NCBI GenBank assembly: GCA_026026165.1
Contig: JAPEUD010000101.1
Coordinates: forward strand, 1-64,000
From: Sarea resinae
Lineage: Eukaryota
Direction of reading: 5' to 3'
Length of the DNA stretch: 64,000 bases
The notes beneath the pieces were generated by a model. That model saw only the letters and a program-made list of their open reading frames with translations. It did not search any database and was not told the origin of the DNA. Both the position numbers and the translations under genes were made by a program. The stretch's first letter is position 1. Each line of letters begins with the position of its first letter. Shown here piece after piece: positions 50,887 through 64,000 of the stretch.

Positions 50887-53800
50887 TTAGCTACGAGAGC
50901 GCGAGGGGCTTTCTTGTCTCTCCCCGAAACCATCGAACAAGTTTCGGCGCTGACGCGTATCGCCCAGGCGTCTCCTGCTTGATTCTCCCCCCAAAGAGCT
51001 TACAAGGGCCAAGGTTCTTGCCGATCGCTTCGAAGGCGTACTCATATAACCTGGCATTGGAGTCATGCTCGCCTGTGCTTCCCATTCAGGCACAAACTCC
51101 TCAAGGTCGAGAGTCTCCTCAAATGCCGCCCAAGTTTCGGCACGCCTTGCCTGAATTGCCCCTGGAGTGTCCACCTCTTCAATTCGACGCGTCGAACCCT
51201 GAAATAGCCGCGCATACTTTTGTCGTTTTCTTTCCGCGGCCTTTCCCGCCCAATATCTTAGAATGTTTCGAAAGTGCTTCTTTTGATTTCGTTCTTTAAG
51301 AAAGCCCGCGGTCTCCTGCCGCCTCCGGATCTCAAAGACCCTAAGACTAAGCTTGCGGAGCGTTACCGCAGCGAAATCTGAGACGTGCATTTCGCAATAA
51401 ATGTCGGCCTTTTGCTCCATCCTCCTCTTTTCCAGTAATCGGCTCGACCAAAATTTTAGCTGGTTATGTGCAAGGGTCTTGTCATATTTTTGTTTCGCCT
51501 CAACGGCTCCACCGGTTTGTTTCCTGCTCAGGTGCGTCCAGTATGCAAATATACCTTCACGCAGCTTGAGCAGATGCTCCTGGTAGAAGCCTGCTGCTTG
51601 ATTCTGCATTTCTGTTTCACTAGCAGTGCGCTGTCGCCAAGCGCCCAAAATTTTAGCTGCCAGATTCACCTTGACCTTGCGTCGGATCAATGCATATGCA
51701 TCTCGACGTTTCTGACGCTTCGAATCCACTTCTGCGCTTCTCCAACGTTTGATCGATTTGGTTGTAAGAAAATAGAACTCCGAATCTTTGGCCCATCGCT
51801 CAAGGTGCATCAGATGCTGAAGACGGTTGTAACAGTGCTGGATGATGACCCGCACGACACGGGAAGCATAAAACTCAAAAGCGATTTTCTCTTTCTCCTG
51901 TTGCGCTTCCCTTCGCTGACGCCATAGAGCGAAGGTAACGCGTAGAATGCGTGTATTTCGCCTTCCCTGAAGGTGGTGTTGGCGATGCGAGAGTTTCTCT
52001 CCTGTGGATCTTACTCCGTCTATCATACGACGGAATACCTTTTCCTTGATTCGCTGATCGAATAGCCTTTTGAGTATATTGCTTCTCTGGATAAGCACAA
52101 GCTTATTCAATACCTGGAGGGCGATGCGATCATCTATTCTCGTAATGATAGACCGTGCGCGAAGATGATCATTCCAGTCGGTCCAAGATTTTCGCAATAA
52201 CCGGAGAAAATTGATGCTGGCGGCTTGCCTTTCCATTCCTGTATGGGTGATCCAAACGTTGAAGTACGATCTTACTCTTCGTTCGTTGACCTTGCGGGTT
52301 ATCTGTGCTGCAAGAGGTTCGAGATGGGCCATCTTATTCCAGTCACCACTCAATCTCTTCATCAACTGTTTGCGCCGGAACTCTTCCGCTTTTTGCTCCA
52401 TGCTTTGACGCTCTACAGTAAGATTCCTCCATTTGTTGAGAACATCCTTCTTAACATGCTGTTCACGAACGACTTCCACCCATTCTTCGGTCATGCGCTG
52501 TTCTCTCAAAGCTCCCATCCACTTTTGGAAGAACTTAGGCTTTGCTCTGGCCGCCCACCATTCAGGGGCTCGACTTTCACAAAACCTCCAAAACCACTCC
52601 CAGTATGTTTTTTTGATGGTTTGTTGTTCATAATGATCTATGGCCCGAACACTATTGGCGACTACATCAGCAGTCTTGCTTCTCCAGACATTGAAGAATT
52701 TTGACAAGCCTTGTCGACGGACTTTTAATTCGTTGACTGCCGTAATGTCACGCCAGGCATTGAAGTACCTAGTCCTAAGTATGTGTCGCCGCGCGATAGA
52801 AGTTCGTTGCACTTCGACTGAAGCGCATTGTGCCCAGTGTGTGAACGCTTTCGTAGCTAGAAACAAATCTCTAGCTCTGCCAGCGCGTTGCTCCAATTTT
52901 TGGAAAAAGCGCTCAGTCTCGTCCCTTTCACGCTTTTCATGGAGGGTAGCACGCCAATTGCTGAATCCTGCACGGAGCAGTGTGAAACGATCATGGGCGA
53001 TAGCCAGATCTTCCATCCATTGATGATCTTCTAGTGCCTGAAGAGCTGCGGCTCGCCATTTATGAAACAAAGTTCGAACAACCCCACTCATCATGCGACG
53101 GAAGTAGAAGGTGCTTGATTCTACAATCATCTGTGCCTTTGAAGGGTGCTGTAGGGGAGGTTTGGAATTGCGTGAGCTTTCAGCTTGCAATGTTGACGTT
53201 GCTGATCGATTCTCAGTATCGGATGGGGTTGGTATATCTGCCTTTGGAGGAATATTTCTTTTGCCTTGATGGCTTTCAGATCTATCTGATGAATCTTCAT
53301 ACTGCGGAAGTCGATGATTCGAGCCACCTGAGAACGAGCGGTTACTAGTTCGAGATCGTTGTACATTACGCGCAGATTCACGGAATGATACGCCCATACC
53401 CGATACACCCCAAGGCTGTGTCCTTTCGGGTGTCCATGAGGCGGCTCTGCTCGAACGGCGCACTTCGGAGACTGGCGATAAAGATAAAGCTCGCCGGGTG
53501 CTCTTCTGCGTCGTGTCTCCATCAATGTTATAGACGGTGTCAACTGAAGCTGCCCTGGGCCTTGTGCGTGGACCGTCGCAAGAATTGTTGCCGGTTGTCA
53601 CATCTGCGTCATTGAAATCGCTCCCAGGATATCCAATCTCTCTGGTGACCTCACGCGACCCATCCTCGTCGATCTCCAGTACGATCCCCACTTGCTCCAG
53701 CAGTGCCTCAAACTTCTGGTACAGTGTATCTCCGGGAATTCGAGCATCGCCCATCCGGAACAGAAAGCGAAAATACACCTGATCATGATCAGGATCTATT

Positions 53801-54053
53801 CCAATCTGTGCAAGCACTTGGTCATAAGCCGCGAAAAGGGCGCGAAAAGGTAAACGCTCGGCATCAGGAAAATCTTGCGCTGCTATAACAATTCGATGGA
53901 GGATTTCAACATCTGATCCAAGCCATTAGCATATTCAACGTGACAACAGTGTGTAAATCATTGACAAAGCTTCTCACCTGCATCTGTAAGGGCATCGAGC
54001 TCATCTGTGACAGAACTCTCTTGCTCTGATGGAGGGGAAAAGTCGAAAGCCAT
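50887..54053 (-). CDS. SFI1: Sfi1 spindle pole body centrin-binding protein; exons 54053-53978, 53912-50887
   Basis: Many Trp-anchored helical repeats (KAFTHW, RYFNAW, KFFNVW, KFFQKW, SYFNVW); the N-terminal exon joins via GT-AG intron 53977-53913 to DVEILHRIV...LPFRALFAAYD. Confidence 0.87.
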
Positions 54054-54693
54054 CGACGCTTCTTCGACCTAGTCCTTGTGATGAGAGGCATCAGAGCGGC
54101 ATGAGTCGGGATGTGTACGTGAGAAGGTAGTCAATGATCTGCGATCGCAGGAAGGCCGGAGGAGCAAGCATGCGGCGCAACAGAAGACGCGACAGGGTGT
54201 GCAAAGAGCCGGACAATCATCAAGGGAAAGTTGCGACAATAGAAAGCATGCGCTCGGAGCAATTATCGCTCGTGGCAATCTTTCATACGTAGGACTTTAG
54301 CTCTTTGCGACGGGCGAGGCCTCAAAGGAAGAAAGAATGAATCAGGTCAACAGACAAGAAAGTAAATAAGTGCAAAGCTTAAGTATGCGCGCGCGTGTCG
54401 GACGTTGATGGAAGTAGGTAGGTGCTCCGTACCTCGTACATCCTTACTTCGTATTGATGGATTCGTCTTTGTTTCACGCTCCGATACTAGAGTGTCGCAT
54501 TGATGAAACCTAGAGCTCTTCCGAGTACTGCAGTACCTCGTACTGCGGTACACTCCAGCTCCTCGACATCATCATCTTTATCATCACAGTATCCAGATTA
54601 CATACTATACCTTCCAGCTTCTCGTCTATCACAGCCATATCATAGATCACGGAAGTTCAATTCCTTTCGTCCCTCCCCGGAGAGATTATCAAA

Positions 54694-55017
54694 ATGCCAC
54701 AAAAGACGAGGCCAATCGAGACATTTGCGAAAACAGTTGCCAAGTGTACCAGCGAGGTATTCGAGCATTCTTCCTACCCATCCATTATGCGTCGATAATA
54801 TCATCAAGCAATCCTAACTATTCACCTCGCAATGGGTGCAGGCTACGATGTATGGGAAGTGTATCATGGTCGACTACAACCATGTTTACAAGGACAGGTG
54901 CTTGACCGAATTCCTGAAACTCAAGAATTGTTGTATCGTGAGTATATCCTGCTTCATGAAGCGTCTTTGACGCGGCAGGCTCACACCTTACGATAGGCCG
55001 CGGCCAAGAAGCCATGA
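54694..55017 (+). CDS. 59-aa twin-CX9C mitochondrial intermembrane-space protein, NDUFAF8-like; exons 54694-54756, 54842-54937, 54997-55017
   Basis: Spliced MPQKTRPIETFAKTVAKCTSE|ATMYGKCIMVDYNHVYKDRCLTEFLKLKNCCI|AAAKKP*; two exact CX9C motifs; phase-0 GT-AG introns. Not in the ORF track. Confidence 0.85.
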
Positions 55018-55704
55018 GCATCGGTTGAAATAATGGGTTGCCAAGCACATCAACAGACCCATCTTCATCCATTTCGTTATCTGGCAAGTGGAACGATGGC
55101 GATCACTTCGAGAGGCAGGCTCTTACCTGATAATTTCTCCGGAATGAGTCATGGCCGCTCTTGAGTGAATAGCGAGACAGGTAGCTTCGCTGTTTCATGG
55201 GAGCAAGAGGCGCCAGATCCTTTATTGCCCCTAGATCAAGGGCAATCAAAGGACGAAAGGGTCTGGGGAAAGGAATCTGGACTTATCCAGGAAGGCTGTC
55301 GCGGGATGTCTAGGTCATCGTAGTCTTCGGTGAGGGAAAGAAACAGTCCGCTAAAGGGGATTACCCTTGCGTTCTAATTTGGTCACTTAGACCAATATCT
55401 ACCTCAGGTGCCTACCTACCTTACCTACTAGGCCAGGTAGATTACCAGCATGATCAGATAAGTGTCTTAAGACTCCAGAATTTCAAAAATCGCGTCATGT
55501 CTCTTTACGACTTAGGCTAGTTCTTGTATGAACGCAATTACAGCCATGGATTTTATGCATGACACCATGATGCTTTGCCATGAGAAAGGCGTAATTACAC
55601 AACGAGACTAGCTTTAGATCGACTCACAGACTAGCATAGCCAGCTAAGGTAGAGAGCCATCTATGCCAGAAGTGTCCGAAAAGGTAAGAGGTGCTATAGG
55701 AGCC

Positions 55705-58700
55705 TCAGTCCACGCCATCCTCTGAACGACTTCCGTTCTCGCCACTGTCGCCCTCCTCATCCTCACTTTCCTCTTCTTCATCAGACAGTTGCTCGCCTAA
55801 AGCTTTCAATCGTTTCTATTATATATTAGCCAGTCTACATGGACCAGGAAACGCAATAGGCAAACCTTGTCTCTAGATCTCTTCTCCTCCAAATCTCCCA
55901 GTATCATTAGTAGGTCATCAAGCTCTGTTTGGGCTGAGCTTCGTGCTTCCTCCTTCTCGCTCGCTTCTTTTTTGGCCTCCCTGAGCTTAGATTCAATGGC
56001 TTTGCGTTTGTCTTCCGCTCGATCCGCTCGGCCTTCGGCGTCATCCGCTCTATCTTCGGCGCGTTTCAGGCGGGATTCAAGTGCAGAAACCTTACTTGCG
56101 TATTCTTCGTGGGCGGTCTGTAAGTCCTGAACATGGTCCTTCTTGACTTTCTCGCACTCCGCCTCTAGACTCTGTACAGAAGCTTTGAGCTCAGCAACCT
56201 CAGCATTATTCCTCTCTCGGACTTTCGCTGCAGCATCGTCGGCCAGTTGCCGTGTTCGCTGAAGCTGGACTTCTAGGTCTTGCACAGTAGCCCTATGCTT
56301 TTTTTGGAGCTCTTCGAGGGCTGCAAGATTGAGGGCATGAATGTTCTTCACGTCCGCTTCATGATGCTTTTGTAAGCTGTCGTTTATGCCTTTGACCCTA
56401 TTGTACTCCATCACTGAGGTTTCTTTAGTCCGTCGATGGTCAGCCTGCTCCTGGCTGAGTCGATGTTCGAGCGTCAACAGATCGGATTCCGCTCTTTGCA
56501 GAGCTTGAACTTTGTCATCGAGCTGCGTACGCAGAGAATCAACTAGTTCACGGGAGATGCCTTTTTGAATGCCATTGGCAATGACTGAGATCTCCAGAGT
56601 AGGATCTCTATCAATCGCTCTGATCAGCCGACTGAAAGTATCCTTGAGAAAATCGACGAAGGTCTTGTCAAAATAGACGTCCGGGAGACGTCCAGATTGG
56701 TCCAGGTCGAGAGCCTGAGGTAATACCTCAAAATCCCGTAGAATGGGATGCTCCCTCAATTTGGTGATCTTGTCGATATATTGCTCCCTGCCGAGGCGAG
56801 AAGTGAGGATGGGATGGAGGGTCGCCCTAGGGATGGGAGAGTCTTTGGTAGAGAATTCGTAGATTATTCCCAAAAGAACAGCACATAGTCCTTGAGCCAA
56901 AGGCCTTTCAACATTGCTATTCGCGATTGCTTGAATGAGGCTCTGAATACTACTTCCTTCCAAAAGAAAGTCATTCACGGCATCTGGATCTTCAAAGAGC
57001 CAACTACAAAGAAGCATTAAGTATCCAACTGATACTCTTTCGTCCTCCCCTCTTTGTAGTCCAGCAATCAGATTAGCTGCAATAGCCTGAATGCATGTGA
57101 CAACCTCTTCTCCACTCGAGGCATCACCTTCGCTAACACTCATCGCCAAGGTCTTGGCTTCAGAGTCCTCGTAAATCAAATGTAAGACGAGGACAGAAGC
57201 AAGCCAAGAGCGATAAGGATCACTAAGTCGCGCAGCCTCTGGCTCCCTGATGAGTGCAGAAAGTACATTTGTAGTTCCGTCTTCTCCTTCATTGTATCCA
57301 TCAATTGCCCTGCGAAGAAAATGTAGCCGGATCGGCGTATGGTTGAAGAAGTAGGCTTTGATGCATTCACAGGCAGCCAGCCGGGCGTCAAAGGCCCGAT
57401 TAGGTGAAGTCGCAAGAGCCAAGTCAAGAAGAGCCTCGATCACATACACTTTGGGGACGCCATTCTGCTGACCAGAAATTTCAGGTGATGAGACTTGTGA
57501 CGCTGTGGCAGGCACTACCTGCAACTGTGCGAAACTCTCTTGTAGATGCGCATTGCCCCTGATGAGGTCAGCACACGTCGTAAGTGCCTGTCCCTCATAT
57601 GTCAATCAGCTCTAATATTTTGACTAGCAACAAGAGTAGAATTCTCAAATACCTCAGCCTTTACTGTCATTTCTGTCGAAGGACTGAAAGCCAACTGCAA
57701 CACTTCCTGCAATACTCCTGTTTGCCAAAAAGAGAACTGATTGGCTTGTGTCCCTATGCCGCCGGCAACCAAGAAAAGTCTGAGCAAAGCGAGCACTCCC
57801 CAGACGTTTTTGTCCCTTTGCGGTCTCATCCATTCGGCCACACCATCAATAGAATCTTGTTCTCGAATTGCGTCTCGAAGAAGGTTCGCCAATTTCGGTA
57901 CACAGCCAGTTTCACGAAAGAAGGACTGATTAGACACGTTTACACGCAGCAGATTGGCGAGCAGAGACAAGCAGTCTTGGACAATGATGCCACCATGAGT
58001 TAAAGAGCCCTCGGAGATAATCAGCGCGAATATCCTATCAAAGGCGTTCTCAAATGCGACCAGCTTTTGTAATTCGGTGGAGGACGGAGTAAGTGCAGTA
58101 AGGAGAAGTAGACCCTCTAGACTTGCATTAGAAACAAAATTTCATAGTGAAGAAGTAGAAGTCAAATAAAGCTTTCAAGCATGTCAACTTACCATTGCGA
58201 ATTGCATCTCTTCTGTCGTCGAGTATGGCGACCAATCGTGCAATGCCCAATGGGGCAGTAAAGACACATTCTTGGGTCCTCTCTGGTCTTGCGGACAGGA
58301 TTGCGGATATCAATTGGAGAGCATATAGTCGAGAGTAGAATTCAGTTGAGTCCAGTAGGTCAAGGAGAACCGTAATATTATCTTGTCGCTATTCTGGTAT
58401 TTGAGTAAAGCATACTTTGAACTCGTAGCGCTATCGGCCGTACCTGCGTAAACTCATCGGCCAGCCAAAGAGCAATGTCATCTGAAGCCTCCGGCTGTTT
58501 TTATTTTGGTGAAGTCAGTAAGCGCCCTCGTCTGCTCATACTGTGGAGATCATCCGTCCCCTGGTACCGTACATACACTCGACTCATCTGGACTGAAAAG
58601 CATCAGCAAAGTCTCCAAGACCACCTTGACCGTATCGACATCCTCAGCATCCTTCCTGAGGCTGCTTATGAGGCCCCGGAGAGCCCCTGAAGCAACGGAT

Positions 58701-58852
58701 GCAGGATACTCATGAGCGAAACTCCTTAGCCCGAGGATGGCCGCACGTCGATCCTCGAGCAGAGTTGCGTTGACCAATCGACTACTCAAGGTATTTATGG
58801 TATCGGTCGCTGTCTGTTTGGCTGGTGCTTGAGCTTCCAGTATCCGAAACAT
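55705..58852 (-). CDS. USO1: Uso1/p115 ER-Golgi vesicle tether; multi-exon
   Basis: ATLLEDRRAAILGLRSFA, armadillo head (LVAILDDRRDAIRN, IIVQDCLSLLANLLR), coiled-coil tail, SAQTELDDLLMILGDLEEKRSRDK|KRLKALGEQLSD and an acidic C-terminus. Confidence 0.93.
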
Positions 58853-59918
58853 GTTGAAGGAACTCCAGATTATTTATTCGTTCACTCATCTATGTAGCCG
58901 GGCACTCAAAATGATAAGTGCTCAACAGTTGATGGTGTGGCAGCTTGTGGGGCTATAACCTCATATTGACAGCTTCTATGACGGCGCGACGAACATTCGG
59001 GTAATTACGTCCGATGAGAACCTATACGGGATCAAGACGGGAAGAGGACGATGAGGCGGCAGCTGCAACTGAATTGTAGGAGGACGAAATAATAAATGGA
59101 ATGGAAGTGGATCGTGGTGTTAGCTGAGGCCAAGTAGGTCGGCCAGGTAAAGGTACCTTACCTACCTACCTTAGCCAGCTCATTGTACGAAGTACCTACT
59201 CGGAGTATCCGTACCTTATGCTTGTTCTTTGTAGACCTCCACTCGTTGACAGAAGGGCGCCGCTACAATGAGTCTACATTTATTCGTGGGCCTGGACCTC
59301 TAATTTTGAGAGTACTGCTCGGGTCACTCTCTTCATCTCAGCCGACCACTTGAGCGGAATCTGCCGTTTCGCGTCTTCCAGTCAATTGAATATTCCGAGA
59401 CGATCATTGCAGTCGATAGCACGCTCTCTCATCCTGCTACCAATAACTTCGACGACCCCCTCACCACCCAGAAACTCACAAAGAAGGCACAAGAGAGGAT
59501 AGAAGGGTGAGAGGGAGTTTTAAGAATTGAAGAGTGGAGGATCGTGAGGTTCAAATGCGCGAGAGGGAAAGCAAGTCTCGCTCTGTCTCGGCCGGCATCA
59601 CGTCTTTGCTACCTTCACACTACTTCTTCGCCATTCAAGCACAATAAGCCAGTCGGCCACCGGTGTTCCTTTCCCATCAATACGATTCGAATCATCGTTC
59701 CTCTATCAAGATCCAATATTGGGGCCTATCGTCTTGCATCAGAACAAACTACGCTCTCACGTCCTTCACTCACAAGTCATTCATTCAGTCTTACGACCAT
59801 TTGCAATAGCGCACCTCCACTCGACCATCGAAATACCGTGTCAAGGTCCTTTCGTTTTTCCCATCCGCAACACTAGTCATTGTCTCAAGGTCCTAAATAG
59901 GCCCATCATTCCGCCATC

Positions 59919-62900
59919 ATGGGTGTTCCCGCGCTGTTTCGTTGGCTCTCGCAGAAGTATCCGAAGATCATCTCGCCAGTCATCGAGGCGCAATCTCAAG
60001 AGATCGACGGCCAGGAAATCCCCGTCGATATTAGTGGTCCTAATCCAAATGGAGAAGAAATGGACAATCTCTATCTCGATATGAACGGGATTGTCCACCC
60101 TTGCTCGCACCCAGAAGACAGGCCTCCGCCAGCCACTGAGGAAGAGATGATGCTGGAAATATTTAAATATACTGATAGAGTCATCAACATGGTGCGGCCG
60201 AGAAAGATATTGATGATTGCTGTTGGTAGGTCTTCGTTTCTGTTGTCGTCAGCGGTTCATTCAATGTTGTAGGCTCCGAATAGCTTGATCTTCTAGTCTG
60301 CTTATCCAGCACTGACATGATTTTCTTCGTAGATGGCGTTGCTCCAAGAGCTAAGATGAACCAACAACGGTCGCGACGATTCCGTTCCGCTAAGGAAGCA
60401 AAGGAGAAAGACGAAAGCAAAGAGGAATTTTTGAAAATGCTAAAATCCAAAAACGGTAGCTCTGTCGGTGATGATACCACAGAACCCGAGAATAAAAAGA
60501 CATGGGACAGCAATGCAATTACTCCCGGCACCCCATTTATGGACATTCTTGCTTCAAGTTTACGATATTGGACTGCTTACAAACTCAACACTGATCCGGC
60601 TTGGGCAAAGGTATGTCTCCTCTGTGGGTCGGTTTGCAAGTCTCAGGCTCACAGGGCTCTAGGTGAAAGTAATCATATCCGATGCCACTGTGCCTGGAGA
60701 AGGGGAGCACAAGATCATGGAGTTTATCCGATCTCAACGTTCCTCTCCTGAACATGACCCGAATACCCGGCATGTCATATATGGACTGGTATGTTAGCTA
60801 TGATTTCATCCATGACAAATAAAACGCCCACGCTAAATCTCTCAAAGGACGCCGATCTGATTATGTTGGGTCTCGCAACCCACGAGCCACACTTCAGAGT
60901 TCTACGTGAAGACGTCTTTTTCCAAGAATCGAAAGCGCGTACGTGTCGAATCTGCGGTCAGAAAGGGCATAAGGCAGAAGAGTGCCGAGGTGAAGCAAAG
61001 CAGAAGGACGGAGAGTTCGATGAAAAGGATAAGGCTCATCCTTTGAAACCGTTCATCTGGCTTCACGTCGCCGTACTCCGTGAATATCTTCAAGCAGAGC
61101 TACATGTTCCTCAGCAACCATTCAGATTTGACTTGGAGAGAGCCCTCGATGATTGGGTTTTTATGTGCTTCTTCGTTGGTAATGACTTCTTACCTCATCT
61201 GCCCAGTCTTGATATCCGAGAAAACGGTATTGACACATTGATCGCAATATGGAGGGACAATCTGCCTGCGATGGGAGGCTACGTCACTAAGGACGGACAC
61301 GTCGATTTAGAAAGGGCGCAGTTCATTCTTTCTGGACTAGCAAGACAGGAGGATGCCATATTCCGGCGTCGACGTCAAACCGAGGAGCGGAAAGAACGGA
61401 ATGCGAAGCGCCGAAAACTCGAAGAGCAACGTAACAACAGCCATCGAAAGTCAGATAACGGTAGCTCCCTTGCTCCTCGAGGTCGCAGAGGTTCCCCAGA
61501 CTATGGCACTCCCACCAATAGGAGGAGCTCGGGTGCGCTGGTCAACCCTACGGTAGCGCCGGATATCCCCCTTTTTACCCCTGGAAAAGGAGATATTTCC
61601 AAAGAAGAGAGAATTGTGACCCACGACATGGCTGTCAATCGTGGTGCCATATACAAGGCAAATATGGCTAACAAGAGTGCCGCTCTTGCCTTGAAAAGTC
61701 AGTTGCTAGGGAAAGGCTCACCCGGTGCAGCATCGAATGGCGAAGGAGATGAAATGGGCAAGACTGACGCAGATGTGACTAGTGATTTGGCTAATGGCGA
61801 AGCAAGCTCAACGGATACGCCTTCCTCTCTTGGGAAGAGGAAAGCAGAATTGATGCAGGACGATGATGCTGGTACGCCCGGACGGCAGAGCCCCAATCCC
61901 GGAAATGCCACCAAACCTGACTCGGATGATCTACCCCCCGATACTGTCCGCCTGTGGGAAGACGGCTACGCTGACCGATACTACGAGCAAAAGTTTGGCG
62001 TGGATCCCAAAAATATCGGATTTCGTAATAAGGTGGCCAGGGCTTACGTCGAGGGGCTTGCCTGGGTTCTATTGTACTACTTTCAAGGATGCCCCTCGTG
62101 GACTTGGTATTATCCTTACCATTACGCTCCATTTGCTGCCGATTTTGTGGACATAGATAAGATGAAGATATCTTTTGAGAGGGGAACGCCATTCAAACCC
62201 TTCGAACAGCTTATGGGTGTGCTTCCTGCAGCGTCTAATCACGCAATCCCTCCTGTATTTCGGGACTTGATGACGGACGAGGACAGCGATATTATTGACT
62301 TCTACCCGGAAGAATTTCCTGTCGATTTAAATGGGAAGAAATTTGCTTGGCAAGGAGTCGCGTTACTTCCTTTCATCGACGAGAAGAGGCTACTGAAGGC
62401 CATGGCCACCAAATATCCTTTACTATCTGCCGAAGATGCAGCTAGAAATGCAATGGGAAAGGATGTATTGTTAATATCCGAGCGGCATCCCTTGTACGAA
62501 GATATTGCGAAGAATTTCTATTCGAAGAAACAGGGAGCGCCGAAGTACAAGCTCGATTCGAAAATTAGTGAAGGATTGGCCGGGAAGATCGAGAAGAATG
62601 ATGCCTATTTGCCGCAAAGTTCACTGACGTTCCCACTCCCAAACGGTGGAATGCCCGACCTAGAAGACGATCACTCTATCAGGTATGCCTGTCGCTCTCC
62701 TTGCTTTCTTTTGTAATTACTCTGCTTACCATTCAATTTATAGTGTTCATTACGAGATGCCACACTCTTCGCACGTCCATAAATCGATGCTGCTCCGCGG
62801 ACTCAAGATGCCCTCCCCAAAACTTGATCGGGCTGACATCGAAGGTACCAAGGGCCGGGCAGGCCGCTCAGGTCGTTCTTTCGGGGGTGCGCCTTTGAGG

Positions 62901-63311
62901 GACTATGGAGAGAGAAATGACCAGAATCGAGGGCCTCCTGTCAACTATTCTGATTCAAGAGCTAATCCTTTTGCTGCTCATCTCAATCCATCGTTCAATC
63001 CTCAAGGCTTCAATGGAAACCAACTCATACCTCCTCCACCTGGAGCCTTAGCAACTCCAGGTTGGGTTCCACCAATGCCAGATCCTAACAGCTTCTGGAG
63101 AGGCCCGCCGCCTCCACCACCCGGACAAGGCTTTCAGTATGGTTATGGCGGCCCGCCACCGCCGCCGCCAACACAGAGGGATAGTGGTTTGTACGGCAGG
63201 GGTGGCCGTGATAGTCAGTATAACAGTGATTATCGCGGGGGACGAGGGGGTCAATTTCCTCGGGGAAGACCAAATGGGCATCACCATTATGATAGTTACG
63301 ACAGGTACTGA
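59919..63311 (+). CDS. RAT1: 5'-3' exoribonuclease 2 (Rat1/Xrn2); exons 59919-60225, 60333-60610, 60663-60788, 60848-62682, 62744-63311
   Basis: [82 protein letters not shown] zinc knuckle [28 protein letters not shown]-rich tail. Confidence 0.96.
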
Positions 63312-63339
63312 ACTTATTTGATTGTCGCAGTGGTATAAG

Positions 63340-63945
63340 TCTAGTGTCTCACTACTTAATAATAAAAAGACTATTGAGCTATTGTACTCTGCCTTATACA
63401 TTTGTGTGTGTATAGTTGTTGTAAGTCATAATTAGCGCCTTCATATTATAGGTAGAGGCTAGTCAAATTATAGGTTATACTGCTGTGCTATATTAATTGT
63501 GATTTTCAAACTTTAGAACTACTATTAGGCTACCTAGTATTCTAATCTTAGGTTTAAGGAAATTATAATATTATTAAATTTAATATAGTACTTACCTAGG
63601 TATAGGTAGGTAGGAAAAGTGCTTATAGACCTATAATTAAGATAACAAGAATGTTATAAGATAGAATACAGAGTAGATTTGACTTTAAATTATTATTAGA
63701 CTTACTCAACTATATACAATAAGTAAGAGTAGGTCAATATATAGATAAGCTTAACCTACTACTAGAATATTCTCTTGCTTATAGATTAACACATTTAATA
63801 CATAATATATAATGCAATTATAATATCTGTAGCAGGAAAGACAGCAGATAAATTAGGAGTTAGTAATACATTAGAAATTCCACTATATTATAGAGAGCTC
63901 TAGAGAGTTCTATAAGAATCTATAGAACTCTACCTAAGAACATCG
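63340..63945. repeat. AT-rich, TpA-rich tract consistent with a RIP-degraded repeat or transposon relic
   Basis: Abrupt shift to AT-rich sequence with abundant TA/TAG/TATA, scarce CG and no ORF of 60 aa or more in the track; composition normalises near 63945. Confidence 0.6.
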
Positions 63946-64000
63946 TAGCAAATTAAGCTCCAAATCGCAAGCCGTGTGTCTTCCGGCCATCACGCACTTA

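Noticed and set aside
55225..55246. Inverted repeat TTGCCC...GGGCAA
   Set aside because: Too short to call a terminator or MITE end.
10328..58852. Functional gene cluster of cell-cycle (hymA, LTE1, SFI1) or trafficking (KXD1, RAV1, USO1) genes
   Set aside because: Housekeeping genes interspersed with unrelated ones; no shared motif or evidence of co-regulation seen.

Overview
Gene-dense chromosomal segment of an intron-containing filamentous ascomycete (Pezizomycotina-type splice signals; species not identifiable). I reconstructed 15 protein-coding genes by hand: a PAS-containing hybrid histidine kinase, HymA/Mo25, a 228-aa unknown, KXD1, an Lte1-like RasGEF, an alpha/beta-hydrolase-fold protein, an M13 (neprilysin/ECE-like) peptidase, an ankyrin-DIL protein, allantoicase, a Q/P-rich unknown, RAV1, SFI1, a 59-aa twin-CX9C NDUFAF8-like gene absent from the ORF track, USO1 and RAT1/XRN2. 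There are two long microsatellite-rich intergenic blocks and an AT-rich, RIP-like tract at the right end. I found no tRNA, rRNA, CRISPR array or intact transposon. The best leads are: (i) the 228-aa unknown ends in a motif resembling the DBR1-binding MPLKIP/TTDN1/SICKLE C-terminus; (ii) the alpha/beta-hydrolase appears to lack its catalytic Ser and His; (iii) a perfect UaY/Ppr1-type TCGG-N6-CCGA site flanked by GATA sites lies upstream of allantoicase; (iv) two GC-AG introns. Family assignments come from motif recognition by eye, not from database searches.
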